From NCBI GenBank assembly GCA_963810095.1, contig CAWEMM010000011.1, forward strand, positions 1-64,000: a stretch of DNA of 64,000 nt. Reading direction: 5' to 3'. The stretch's first letter is position 1; every line of letters starts with the position of its first letter. This document shows positions 21,053 to 31,854 of this stretch, piece after piece. The notes under the pieces were generated by a model. That model made no database searches, was not told where the DNA came from, and was given only the letters and a program-made list of their open reading frames with translations. This stretch comes from an uncultured Chloroflexia bacterium (GTDB taxonomy: Bacteria > Chloroflexota > Anaerolineae > CG2-30-64-16). Both the position numbers and the translations under genes were made by a program.

Positions 21053-21721
21053 ATGAACAAGAGACAGATAAAGTTGTCCGTTTTCACTTTCGTTGTGGTG
21101 ATCACCTCGGCCGTCTCTGCGGCCGCGCAGACGCCTGCCCCGCCTCACCAGATGTTTCTGCCGGCGGTGTTTCGCCCCGCACAGACGCGCGTGCTGACTG
21201 CCACCGGCGACGCGTTCGTCATCGAGAATTTCCCCAACGACAACACCGGCAGTGAAAACTACCTCGTCGCCGGCATCGACATATATGGCGAGCCCCGCTT
21301 CGGTCGGATGCGCTCGTTGATCAACTTCGACGTGCCCCCGCCGCCGACGTCGACCGTGGAGCGCGCGATCCTGCGGATTTACTTTGAAGAGGCCGTCGAC
21401 GAGCCGGACAAGACGCAGAGTCTTGTAGTGCTGCAGCCATACCACGCCTGGAACGAGTCCACGGTCACGTTCGCGAACTACGGAGGCTGCGACGTCGGGT
21501 ACAGCGGAGAACCTGTTGCGACTGTGCCGATCAATTCGAGCGCGCCCGCAGGCTATATCGACATCGATGTGACATCAGTCGTGTCGAACTGGCTGACCGG
21601 GATGGAAGTGTACACGGGCTTTTGCCTCGCTCAGCCCGAAGGTGGCACGAACTTCCCGGCATACTACTTCTTCACTTCTCGCGAAGGCGCGCACCCACCG
21701 GAGTTGGTGCTGACGTACTAA
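21053..21721 (+). CDS. Secreted DNRLRE/CBM96-like domain protein
   Basis: Signal peptide, DAFV...P..N.G, RSLINFD, WNESTVTF, DVTSVV..W, FTSRE...PELVLTY. Confidence 0.75.
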   Translation: MNKRQIKLSVFTFVVVITSAVSAAAQTPAPPHQMFLPAVFRPAQTRVLTATGDAFVIENFPNDNTGSENYLVAGIDIYGEPRFGRMRSLINFDVPPPPTSTVERAILRIYFEEAVDEPDKTQSLVVLQPYHAWNESTVTFANYGGCDVGYSGEPVATVPINSSAPAGYIDIDVTSVVSNWLTGMEVYTGFCLAQPEGGTNFPAYYFFTSREGAHPPELVLTY

Positions 21722-21958
21722 GCTGATCACGATGTGGGGCTGGAAATGTAGGGCGAGCTTCAGCTCGCCGGTGTGTACCCGGTGGGTCCTTTCCACTTTG
21801 CGATTAGGTTTGGGCGCTCAGATTTCAGGGGCCGGCCCACGTCGACAACGCTTCTCACTCGTTCTGCTTTGGCAGGGGCCGGCCCGCCCCCAACAAGAGA
21901 GAGCCAGCTCAGGCGGTCGCCCACCCGGGCGTTTGGGGACGGGATGGCCTTGGGCAAG

Positions 21959-23446
21959 TCAGGGACACTGCCCGGTCGTTACCTTAAAGCTGTCAAGCAG
22001 GACGGGCGCGCTCCCGTCGCCCTTCACGCCCCAGCCCTCGACCGTAATGCTCGCCGGTGACACCCGCAGCCGCACCAGGTGGTGCAACGTGTTGTCTCGG
22101 ACCGCAGTCCAGGCCGGCTTCGTGGCCGAGGCGAAGGGCGCGAACGCGCCGCTGATGTTGCTCTGCTTGCCGCCCGGGCTGACCTTCACGTATACAACCC
22201 CATCCTGCTGCGTATAGCACGTCAGCGAGGTGGAGGTGGGCGTGTTGCTGTTGGGCACATCGGTCAGTGGATAGGAACGCTCGTACGCTTGGTCGTGCGC
22301 GTAAAGCGCAATCTTGACACCGAGCCGTTCGAAGAGCGGCCCCACCTGACTGCGCAGCATCAGGTTCGGCTTGTGATTCGTGCCGTCGCCGAACACGACC
22401 ACGTGGAAGTACGGCACGATCCAGCGCATGCCCCGCGCCTTGGCCGCGTTCGCGTCCTGCTCGATCCACCCCAACTGCCCCGCGTCCATGCCGGCCTTGT
22501 CCGTCGCGGCGAAGAGCCCCATGAAGTGCACGTCGCCCACGTCAAAGGAATAGTAGCGGCGGCTGTCGTCTCCGGGCATCATCGGCAGGCGCCCGGCCCA
22601 GGGAGCCGTACCGACCGGCGGCGAGTCCAGCTCGTACTCATGATTCCCGTAGGTCAGCATGAGGGGCGCCCGGGCGGCGACCGGCTGCATCTGGTTAAAC
22701 CACTCGTCGATTGCTTTCTCGTACGTTCCGTAGCGCTTGTCGGTGTCGAAGTAGGCGTAGTCTCCGCCGCCAAGCAGCACGAGCGGCTTCATCTTGGCGA
22801 TCTCGTCGATCACCTGCTGCGTGCCGGTGGCGAGCCCGTCCGTGCGCCCGACCAGGCCGGTGTCGGCAAAGAAGACGGCGTCGAAGCTCGCCGGTCCCGG
22901 CGCGGGCGCGGTGCTCGCCGAGAAGGTCGCGCTCCACCCGCCGGGGGCTTGCACCCGGTACTCGTAGAGGGTGCCCGGCTTGAGCCCGCTCACCGTCACC
23001 TCGTGGAGCGTGCCCGCCGTGCCCGAGGGCCGCGGCGCACCGGTGGCGGTCTGCCAGCCGGCAGCCCCGGCCTCGCGATACTGCACTGCCGAAGGAACGC
23101 TCGTGTCGAGCGTGCGCCAGACGACGGTCAGGGTGGTCGACGGCGCGTCGACCCATGCCAGGTGCACCTGGTCATACGTGTCGGGCGCGGCCGTGGGGCT
23201 CGTCGTCGCAGTTGCGGTTGCAGTGGCGGTCGGCGTTAGCGTTGGGGTAGGCGTGTTGGACCCGGGCGCCCCGCCTGCAGATATTATGGGCAGAAACGCC
23301 CTCGGCGTCAGTGCGAGGATCTGGGCGCTAACCGGGCGCCCTGCCGCCGCACTGTAACCGACGATCAGCGCGGCGACGGCCAACGCGGCCAACACAAAGA
23401 AAAGCGCCGTCCACCGGCGGCGCATCCCATCTCGATTTCGATACAT
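21959..23446 (-). CDS. Secreted purple acid phosphatase family metallophosphoesterase with FN3-like N-domain
   Basis: ADTG, GDYAY, GNHE, AHDQAYER motifs; Thr/Pro linker. Confidence 0.88.
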   Translation of the reverse strand: MYRNRDGMRRRWTALFFVLAALAVAALIVGYSAAAGRPVSAQILALTPRAFLPIISAGGAPGSNTPTPTLTPTATATATATTSPTAAPDTYDQVHLAWVDAPSTTLTVVWRTLDTSVPSAVQYREAGAAGWQTATGAPRPSGTAGTLHEVTVSGLKPGTLYEYRVQAPGGWSATFSASTAPAPGPASFDAVFFADTGLVGRTDGLATGTQQVIDEIAKMKPLVLLGGGDYAYFDTDKRYGTYEKAIDEWFNQMQPVAARAPLMLTYGNHEYELDSPPVGTAPWAGRLPMMPGDDSRRYYSFDVGDVHFMGLFAATDKAGMDAGQLGWIEQDANAAKARGMRWIVPYFHVVVFGDGTNHKPNLMLRSQVGPLFERLGVKIALYAHDQAYERSYPLTDVPNSNTPTSTSLTCYTQQDGVVYVKVSPGGKQSNISGAFAPFASATKPAWTAVRDNTLHHLVRLRVSPASITVEGWGVKGDGSAPVLLDSFKVTTGQCP

Positions 23447-23601
23447 CACTCACTCCTGTATTCTCTACACCAGTCCATCGTAACGCCATTTCACTTGCGC
23501 GCTGTAACGTCAATCTCAGTCCGGCTTGCGGATCACGGGAAGTGCGCGGGCGTGGTATACTTCTCTTCACTGTGCCTGTCGAGACTGTAGGAGTGCCCAG
23601 A

Positions 23602-24321
23602 ATGCCGAAGGTCCTGATGCTCTCCCCTCACTGCGACGACATCCCGCTCTCACTCGGCGCGAGCTTGCTCGCCGGCGAATGGGGCGACGACGTCCATGTC
23701 GCCGTCATCTTCTCGTCGTCGCGCTACTCGCTCCGCCGAGGCTGGGACAATGATCCGGCCGAAGCAACCGCGATCCGAAACGAAGAAGAGCGCCGTGCGG
23801 CTGCGACCGCGGGATACAGCGTGGAGTTTCTCGGCCTGCCCGAGCCGGGTGTGCGCCCGGGCTATGCAGAAATCGGCGACATCTTCAACCCGCGTCTGCC
23901 TTTCGACCCTGATCCCATCTGGCCAGGGGTCCGGGCGCGGTTGTTAGAACTCATCGGCCAAGCCGACGGGATCGTGGTCTCGCCGCTGGGCGTCGGATAT
24001 CACATCGACCACCGCATGGTTGCCGCGTGCTTCCGCGAGGCCGCAGATGCTTCGCCCCCATGGACGCCTGCGTATTATGAGGACCTGCCCTATGCGGCGC
24101 GTTTTTCGAGCCGCGAGATCCGCAGCCTCGTCCCCGAGCGGTTATCAGGTGTGCCCCTGGCGCCCCGGCTGCTGGCGGGGGGCCGGCTCAGCGACAAGAT
24201 GCGCCTTCTGAGCGCGTACGAGTCCCAGCTGAGTGAAGATGACTACGGCAGCGTGGCGGATCACTGGGCCTGCCGCGGCAGGGGAGAGTTGATCTGGCAG
24301 CCGGAGCGCGAGCCGCGGTAG
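23602..24321 (+). CDS. PIG-L family deacetylase
   Basis: SPHCDD, R.EE, HIDH, YEDLPY, YESQ. Confidence 0.85.
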   Translation: MPKVLMLSPHCDDIPLSLGASLLAGEWGDDVHVAVIFSSSRYSLRRGWDNDPAEATAIRNEEERRAAATAGYSVEFLGLPEPGVRPGYAEIGDIFNPRLPFDPDPIWPGVRARLLELIGQADGIVVSPLGVGYHIDHRMVAACFREAADASPPWTPAYYEDLPYAARFSSREIRSLVPERLSGVPLAPRLLAGGRLSDKMRLLSAYESQLSEDDYGSVADHWACRGRGELIWQPEREPR

Positions 24322-24351
24322 TTGGGGCCGGCGGTGCTAAGGGAGGATAGG

Positions 24352-25041
24352 ATGCAGCGACGCCTGCGCTTCGTTTTTGTCGCACTTACTGCCCTCGCGA
24401 CCGTGCTAATCCCACTCGCGCCGGTCGCACAGGGCCAGGCCGTGGCGCCCGGCCGCCTGTACCTGCCGCTGATCGCCCGGCAGCCGCCGCCCGAAACGGA
24501 GGTCCGGCTGCTGGCCGCAGCGGACGCGTACGTCGATCAGGACGAGCCCGCGCTCAACTTCGGCTCCGACTACTTCCTGCCCGCGGGCAACGACCAGCCT
24601 GTTGCGCCGGCGGAAGGAGTCATGCGGGTGCTTATCCGCTTCGACCTCCCAAACCGGGCGGGCGCAAGCGTGACGCGGGCGGTTCTCCGAGTCAATTACC
24701 GCGGCTTCTGGGACTACCCGGACCGGCCCCGAGTGATCGCGGTCCAGGCCGCTGTGGGGGAGTGGGCCGAACAGTCGGTCACCTGGTACAGCCAGCCGGC
24801 GCGCGCCGCCGAGGTGGACGGCAGCACGACCATCAACGCTAACGACCAGTTTGGCTACCGGGAGATCGACGTGACTGCGCTGGTTAAGAAGTGGTACGAA
24901 GGCTCGCTGGCGAATGACGGGCTCTATCTTAGCGGTCCGGAGGCGGCGGGGAGCGATGCTTCCTACCGTGTATTCCTGTCCCGCGAGTCCGTAGAGACGA
25001 ACCTGCCCTATCCGCCGGAGTTGGTGATCACGTTTGGCTGA
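24352..25041 (+). CDS. Secreted DNRLRE/CBM96-like domain protein (paralog of 21053-21721)
   Basis: Signal peptide, LYLPLIAR, DAYV..P..NFG, RVLIRFDL, DVTALVKKW, FLSRE..PELVITF. Confidence 0.78.
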   Translation: MQRRLRFVFVALTALATVLIPLAPVAQGQAVAPGRLYLPLIARQPPPETEVRLLAAADAYVDQDEPALNFGSDYFLPAGNDQPVAPAEGVMRVLIRFDLPNRAGASVTRAVLRVNYRGFWDYPDRPRVIAVQAAVGEWAEQSVTWYSQPARAAEVDGSTTINANDQFGYREIDVTALVKKWYEGSLANDGLYLSGPEAAGSDASYRVFLSRESVETNLPYPPELVITFG

Positions 25042-25059
25042 GCCGGAGAGCAAAAGACA

Positions 25060-25097
25060 GCCGCCGGACGGCGTCGAATTTCGACGTGTCCGGCGGC
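25060..25097. terminator. Hairpin between the convergent DNRLRE gene and 6S RNA
   Basis: GCCGCCGGAC..CGTCGAA / TTCGACG.GTCCGGCGGC inverted repeat. Confidence 0.65.
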
Positions 25098-25112
25098 CGA
25101 TTTTCAGTTGAA

Positions 25113-25312
25113 AGGTCCCCCGCTGTGCCGTGTGTTCGCTGGTCTTGAACCTGCTTACGCAGGTGGGCGCCATATCGTCGGTTCAGCTTTGCCCAACCGG
25201 CGTGACTTTCATCCCGGCCAGGGGCTATTGCGTCCCCGGCCGAAGCCGGCTCCCTTACTTATCATGTTGGCTCGAGACGGTACGGAGCATCACGAGCACC
25301 GCAGGGTACTGT
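25113..25312 (-). ncRNA. ssrS: 6S RNA (Firmicutes/Chloroflexi type)
   Basis: Minus strand reads CCCTGCGGTGCTCGT...GAGCCAACA...GGGAGC...GGCGCCCACCTGCGTAAGCAGGTTCAA...ACGGCACAGCGGGGGAC, matching the 6S-1 pattern with paired termini; about 200 nt; lies downstream of aspS; has its own promoter. Confidence 0.85.
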
Positions 25313-25319
25313 GAAATCG

Positions 25320-25348
25320 AGTCTAGCATAGGACCGGCGAGGGGTCAA
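25320..25348 (-). promoter_or_regulatory. Sigma70 promoter of 6S RNA
   Basis: TTGACC-17 nt-TAGACT with extended TG on the minus strand. Confidence 0.7.
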
Positions 25349-25488
25349 AACTGGCGCAGAGGGGGTCGGGATTAGCCTCATTCTCCAAAACGCGAGCGCC
25401 CCGGCGCATTTACGGCCAGTGCGACTGCATGGTAATATGTTCACCTTGCGCTTGCCATCATCTCCATCTCCACTAAGGAGCTCTTTCT

Positions 25489-26206
25489 GTGACCCTATTT
25501 ACTACGCTTCTCCCGTTCGTTTCCAGTGCGGTGAGCTTCGTGTTCGCCGGGCTCGTCTTCCGGCGCTACTTCCAGCCGCGGCGGGCGCGCACCTGCTGCT
25601 GTGGGGCATCGGCATGACAATGTACGGCATCGGGGGGTTCTGCGAAGGTTACTTCGGCGCCCGGGGTTGGAATCCCCTCGTGTTCCGGCTGTGGTACCTG
25701 TTCGGTGCAATGCTCGTCGCGGCCTGGCTCGGACAAGGAACCGTCTACCTGCTCATGCGCCGACGCTGGGCGAACGTCGCTATGGTGATCCTGGCTCTCG
25801 CTTCCGTCTTCGGCGCCTACCGGGTCTTCACCGCCACGCTTGACCCCACGGCCATGCCGGGCACGGCGTACTGAGCGGCAAGGCCATCGTGTCGGGCGGG
25901 GTCCGCTCGCTCACGCCTTTCTTCAACGTCTACGGCACAGTCACGCTCGTCGGCGGCGCCATGTACTCGGCCTACATTTTCTGGCGCAAGCGGGTGCTCC
26001 TGCACCGCGTGATCGGCAACATCCTGATCGCGGCCGGCGCATTGCTGCCCGCGTTTGGGGGCACGTTCAGCCGCTTCGGCATCGGCGGCGCGCTGTACAT
26101 CAGCGAGTTGCTCGGCGCAATCCTGATGTTCGCCGGCTTCATCCGCGCCACCACGCCAATGGCGAACGCCGTTCCCCGCCGCGAGCGGCAGACGTCCGCG
26201 CGGTAA
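25489..26206 (+). CDS. Multi-TM membrane protein of unknown function (frameshifts near 25585 and 25868)
   Basis: HLLLWGIG, FRLWYLFGAMLVAAWLGQGTVYLL, GGAMYSA, GNILIAAG; AAGGAG RBS. Confidence 0.7.
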
Positions 26207-26234
26207 ACGCCGGCGGGCTCGATCTGCGCCAATA

Positions 26235-26272
26235 ACACGACGAGGCAGGGCGTGTGCCCTGCCTCGTCGTGT
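26235..26272. terminator. 17-bp perfect hairpin between convergent genes
   Basis: ACACGACGAGGCAGGGC-GTGT-GCCCTGCCTCGTCGTGT. Confidence 0.75.
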
Positions 26273-26308
26273 CGCGAAGCAATCTGGTCGTTCTTCGCGG
26301 TAGGCGAG

Positions 26309-28079
26309 CTACTCGCCTTCGACCTTCAGGTGTAACTCGCGCATCTGGCGCTCGCCGATTTCGGACGGACTGCGGAACATCAGGTCGGTGGCGCTCGCGG
26401 TCTTGGGGAACGCGATGACCTCCCGAATCGACGGGATGCTCGCCAGGATTGCGACCGTGCGGTCGATCCCCGTCGCGATGCCACCGTGCGGCGGTGCGCC
26501 GTACTCGAACGCCTCCAGCAGGTGGCCGAACTTCTCCTCGGCCTCCTCGGACCCAATGCCGAGCGCCTTGAACATCTGCGACTGGCGGTGGCGCTGGTGG
26601 ATCCGGATCGAGCCGCCGCCGACCTCCCAGCCGTCCATCACAATGTCATACGCCTTTGCGCGCACCTTGCCAGGGTCCGTCTCCAGCAGGTCCCAGTCCT
26701 CGTCCATTGCGGACGTGAACGGGTGGTGCATGGCCGTCCAGCGCTGCTCCTCGCGCGCTCCACTCGAGCAGCGGGAACTCGACCACCCAGCACAAGGCAT
26801 GCACGTCCTTCCGCGCCAGCCCCAGCCGCCGGCCCAGCAGTACCCGCAGCTCGCCCAGCGCCTTGGCGACCACCATCGGGTCTGGATCGGCGACGATCAG
26901 CGCGAGGTCGCCGGCGTTGGCGCCCAGCCGCTCCCTGAGCGCCTGGAAGTCCGCCTCGCTCAGGAACTTGGCGGCGGAAGACTTCGCGCCGTCCTCGCGA
27001 TAGGCGATATTCACCAGGCCCTTGGCGCCCGGCCCGCTTTGCCACCTCGGCCAGGTCGTCGAGTTCCTTCCGGCTGTACCCCGCGCAGCCCGGGGCCACG
27101 ATACCCTTCACCTTACCGCCGCCGGCAACGGCCCCCGAGAACACGCTGAAGGAGCTGTTCGCCACTAGCTCGCTCAGGTCGACGTGCTCCATCCCGAACC
27201 GCAGGTCGGGCTTGTCCGAGCCGTACTTGTCCATCGCTTCCGCGTAGGTGAGCACGGGGAAGGGTTTTTGCAGAATCGGCTTGGTGCCCAACTGCTCGAT
27301 GATCTGCGTATATAGCTCGCTGATCAACGCGATGATGTCCTCGCGCTCGATGAAGCTCATCTCGACGTCGAGCTGGGTGAACTCCGGCTGGCGGTCGGCG
27401 CGCAGGTCTTCGTCGCGGAAGCAGCGGGCGATCTGGAAGTACCGCTCGTAGCCGGCCACCATGAGCAGCTGCTTGAGCTGCTGCGGCGACTGCGGCAGCG
27501 CGTAGAACTTGCCCGGGGTGGACCCGCGACGGCACGACGTAGTCGCGCGCGCCCTCCGGCGTCGTCTTGATCAGGATGGGCGTCTCGATCTCGAGGAAAC
27601 CGTGGTCGTTCATGTAGTCGCGGATCAGGTTGACAACCTGGTGGCGCAGGATGATGTTCTTCTGCATCGCGGGCCGGCGCAGGTCCAGGTAGCGGTACTT
27701 CAGCCGCAGCGCCTCGTCGACCTCCACGTCCTCGTTGATGTAGAACGGCGTGGTGCGCGCCTCGTTCAGCACCTGCGCCGGTCGTCGCAACAACCTCGAC
27801 CTCGCCCGTCGGCATGTTCGGGTTGGCGAGTCCCTCCGGGCGCGCCTTGACGGTCCCGGTCACCTGGACCACGTACTCCGCCCGCACGCCGTTGAGGACC
27901 GCGTGCGCCTCGGGGTTCGCTTCCTTGTCACAGGTCACCTGCACGATGCCCGACCGGTCCCGCAGGTCGATGAAGATCAGCGCGCCGTGATCGCGGCGGC
28001 GGTGCACCCACCCGGCCAGCGTGACCGTCTGACCGACGTGCTCGGGCGCAGATCGCCGCAGTTGATTGATCTTCAGCAT
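26309..28079 (-). CDS. aspS: Aspartate-tRNA ligase, probably non-discriminating (several frameshifts)
   Basis: [57 protein letters not shown]; RDHG His suggests the ND type. Confidence 0.93.
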
Positions 28080-28124
28080 GGGGAAAACTCCATTGGTGAT
28101 TGCAGAGACAGGCAGCAGATTATA

Positions 28125-28159
28125 CCAGAAACCGGTTCCGGCAGAAACCTGGTTTCTGG
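28125..28159. repeat. AGAAACCNGGTTTCT REP-like palindromic doublet
   Basis: CCAGAAACCGGTTCCGGCAGAAACCTGGTTTCTGG; relatives at 28194, 30524-30574, 18108-18145 and 38478. Confidence 0.65.
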
Positions 28160-28253
28160 GGTGCGGCAAGGCGCAGAGAGCAACGATGCCGTTGGCAGAA
28201 ACCTGGATACTGGCTATACTGTAGCAACCACAAGGTTCCAGGGGAGCAGCACA

Positions 28254-29207
28254 ATGCGGTGTCTCGTCACCGGCGGAGCAGGGTTTATTGGCACGGCGCT
28301 GGCCAACCGGCTGGTGCACGAGGGGCACCACGTCCGGGTCCTGGACGACCTGAGCGCCGGCGACCCGGGACGCCTGCACCCCGACGTCGTCTTCACCCGC
28401 GGCGACGTCCGCGACCGGCCGAAGCTGTGGACGCTGCTGCAGAAGGTCGATTGCGTCTTTCACCTCGCGGCGCGGGTCTCCGTCCCCGAGTCGGTGCTCT
28501 ACCCGCGTGAATACAACGACGTGAACGTTGGCGGCACGGTCGCGCTCACCGAGGCCATTCGTGACGCGGGCGTGGAGCGCATCGTGTTCGCCTCGTCTGC
28601 AACGGTCTACGGCCCACAGACCCAGCCAGCCCGTGCCCGAGTCTGCCTGGCCCCACCCACAGGCGCCCTATGCCGTCAGCAAGCTGGCGGCCGAACACTA
28701 TATCTTTGCATTGGGCGAGCTGTACAGCATCACCACCGTCGCCCTGCGTATCTTCAACGCATACGGTCCCGGCGCAGCGCGTGCCGCCCGTCCACGCGCC
28801 CGTCATCCCGCACTTCGTGCGCAACATCCTCTCGGGCGCGTCCATCGTCATCCACGGCGACGGCCGCCAGACGCGCGACTTCGTCTATATCGACGACGTG
28901 GTCGACGCGTTGATCGCGGCGGCTGAGGCGCGAGGGGTGGCCGGACAGGTGATCAACGTGGGGTCGGGCGAGGAGACGAGCCTGCACGGGCTCGTGGCGG
29001 CGCTTGGGCGAGCTGACGGGAAAACGGCCGGATGTGATCGAGAACCGCCAGCAAGGCGGCGGCCTGAGCCGCCTCGTGGCCGACCTGGAGGTGGCGCGGC
29101 GCCTGCTCGGCTACCGGCCGCGGGTTGGACTCCGGGACGGGCTGCAGCGGATGGTCGACGATGCGCGGCTGGCGCAGCAAGCGCGGCGCAACAACGCGGG
29201 GCTGTAG
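28254..29207 (+). CDS. NAD-dependent epimerase/dehydratase, UDP-glucose 4-epimerase-like (frameshifted)
   Basis: [51 protein letters not shown]. Confidence 0.9.
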
Positions 29208-30402
29208 CGGGCAGCTCGCCTCGGCACTGCGCCCCGCCGCGTCGAGCTTGTCGCGCCGTCCGAGCCGAACATCCATCTCGCTTGCCGTGGCCGCTTCGAC
29301 CTTGTTCCGCGAGCATGTTGTCGGCCGCCGCCAGGATCCCAGGCCCATCGTGTCCGTGTTCACAGTGACGTGCATCGGCGCGGCCAGCCGTATGCCGTGC
29401 GCCTCGAAGCGGCGCAGCAGGTCCATGTTGGCCTCTGTGATGACCTGCCAGCGGTCGTTGAACGAGCTGACGTGAAACAGCACCAGAAACTCGAACGCAT
29501 TGCTGCCGAACGCTTCGAAGCGCACCTTGTGCCCGTCGATCGTCGGGTGGCAGCACACGGAATCCTTGATATCCTCCAGCGCTTGCTCGACCTGCGCGGC
29601 GCGCATAGTCGCCCGCTAGCTTGATCGTCTCGGAGAACCAGTAGCCCTTCTCGGCCGACACATTCGCGATGATCCCGTTCGTGAACTTCGAGTTCGGGAT
29701 CGTCACCTTATACCCGGTATTCCAATCCTCGGCGATGGTGGCGCGCCAGCCGATCTCCTTCACCGTGTACTGTTTCCCGTCGAACTCGATCAGGTCGCCG
29801 ATGAGAAACGGCTTCTGGGCGAAAGGGTAATGCCGCCGAAGATGTTGCCGATCGGTGTCCTGTGCAGCCAGCGCCACGGCCAGGCCGCGTGATCCCAAGG
29901 CCCGGCCACCGCCGTACCCACGTCGTAGCCCGCGTTATTCAGCCCGATGATGACTGCCAACACCCAGACGATCGCGATGAGGCCGCGGCGCATGAGCGGC
30001 AGGATCTGGTCGTCGAAGGCGCCCGACGTCCGCTGCACCCACGGCTTGAGATAGGTGTTGTTGACCGCGTCGTAGAGCCGGGTCAGCACCCAGGCGATCA
30101 GGAGCGCGTACGCCATGCCCAGGACGTTGTCGACGGTCTTCAGCAGCGCCGGGTCGAGCGTCAGGCGATTGACGATGGCGCGGATGCCGACCAGGGTAAC
30201 GAGCAGGACGACAGGCTCCTCGAGCGCATCGAGCAGACGTCGTCGAAGTGGACCTTGTTACGGCGGATCGTCGCCTTGAGGCTGTGCGAGAAGACCCAGT
30301 AGACGCGCGGCCCAGGATCACCGCGCCGAGGATCATGAGGAAGGTTGTCAGCCACTGGCCGGCCGTATTGCCGTAATAGGTGCGATCGAAGAACTCGGTC
30401 AT
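29208..30402 (-). CDS. Small-conductance mechanosensitive channel MscS family (multiple frameshifts; 3' end uncertain)
   Basis: DDQILP, NAGYDVG, ALAAQDT.GNIFGG, KPFLIGD, IGWRAT, IPNSKF. Confidence 0.8.
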
Positions 30403-30523
30403 CCCGTCTCCCTCCACTTGATCAGATGAGGGACAAGGATAACGCAAGGACGGAGCAAAGGCAAACAGAACGAGCGGGTCGGATCGGTGCGCCACAAAGT
30501 GCCGCGAGCCGCGGGGTCAATGT

Positions 30524-30574
30524 GAAACCGGGTTTCTGCTGCCAGCGTCGCTGGCGCAGAAACCCGGTTTGCCT
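30524..30574. repeat. AGAAACCCGGTTTC REP-like palindromic doublet
   Basis: GAAACCGGGTTTCTGC-hairpin-GCAGAAACCCGGTTT. Confidence 0.7.
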
Positions 30575-30617
30575 GCCACATCCGATGGCACGCTCCTGGC
30601 GCGCCTCGCCCGGGCAG

Positions 30618-31535
30618 TTACCAGTGCGTGACGACCGGCGTGCCCACACTTGCCCAATTGAAGAGCCAGCCTGCGTCCGAGGTGCGCAGGTTGACGCAGC
30701 CGTGGCTCATGGGATGACCGAAGTTGTTGTGCCAGTACGTCCCATGGAGCGCGTAGCCCTTGTAGAAGTACATGGTGTACGGCACGCCTGGCAGGTCGTA
30801 GCCCGGGCCGCGCATGCGGGTCGACGCGCAGCTTGGTATAGATCTTGAACCGGCCAATGACGGTGGGGGTGCGGGGCAGCCCGCTCGAGATGAGTGCTGA
30901 GAAGACCGGCGTGTTGCCCTGGTAGGCCGTCAGACGCTGCGAACTGATATCCACGTCGATCCAGCGGCCGGCGGCCGGGCCCGCTCGGCGGCTTCGGCGC
31001 GGTGCCACCCCGCCCGAACTGGCGCTGCCCGACACCCGCAGCCGCTGGCCGACCCAGATGCGGTCGGGATTGCTGATCCCGTTCAGCCTCATCAGGTTCG
31101 GCGACGGTCGTGCCGTAGCGGGCGGCAATCTAGCCAAGCGTGTCGCCCGCCCTGACGATGTAGGTGCCGCGTCGAGGGCCCCGTCGTCGGGGGCTTCGGC
31201 GCCGACGGCTGGGTGGTCGAACCGCTGCCGCCTGGGATCACCAGGTTCTGCCCGACGTAGATGCGGTCGGGGTTCGTGATACCGTTTGCGCGGGCGAGCG
31301 CGGCGGCCGACACGCCGAAACGTGCGGCAATGGTGCCGAGGGTGTCGCCCGGGCGCACGACGTAGGCGCTGTCAGCCTGACTCGGCGCGGCCGCGGCCGC
31401 CTCGGCCAGCACGCTGCCGAGGAGCATTGCGACCAGCATGACCAGGACAACGCGCCTGAGGTCCGGCCGGACCTTGCCCGTGCGGAATGAGCTCGGTCCC
31501 ATGAAACGGTGATGCATCTTCCCACTCCTTCCCAT
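30618..31535 (-). CDS. LysM-repeat L,D-transpeptidase (frameshifted)
   Basis: YVVRPGDTL...[13 protein letters not shown] LysM x2; [11 protein letters not shown]; [21 protein letters not shown]. Confidence 0.88.
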
Positions 31536-31854
31536 AGACGGCTGACAGCGCAGGCGAGCACTCAGCGCGGGGCCCCGAACCCCGCCGCGGTGGTTGTGCG
31601 CGCGTTTGCTTTACGTTTGTGAAAGCATGATAGCTTAACGCACGCGCGCTTGTCAAGAAGCGAACTAACCATAAAATGCTACTACTTTTATCTTAGCACG
31701 GTCCAGCCAAATGTCAAGACGCGGAGTTAAGCCTTGGCGGGGTTCGAGTGTTCCCGTAAGTGACTTTTGAGACAAACGGTCCCCGTCTTGCACGGAGACA
31801 CCGCTATGTTATAATAGGGTCTCGCGTGTGATTCCCGGAGGAGATATTGTGGCT

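Noticed and set aside
31536-31830. Possible c-di-AMP (ydaO) riboswitch upstream of the LysM transpeptidase
   Set aside because: The conserved ydaO motifs were not found; only promoter-like elements are visible
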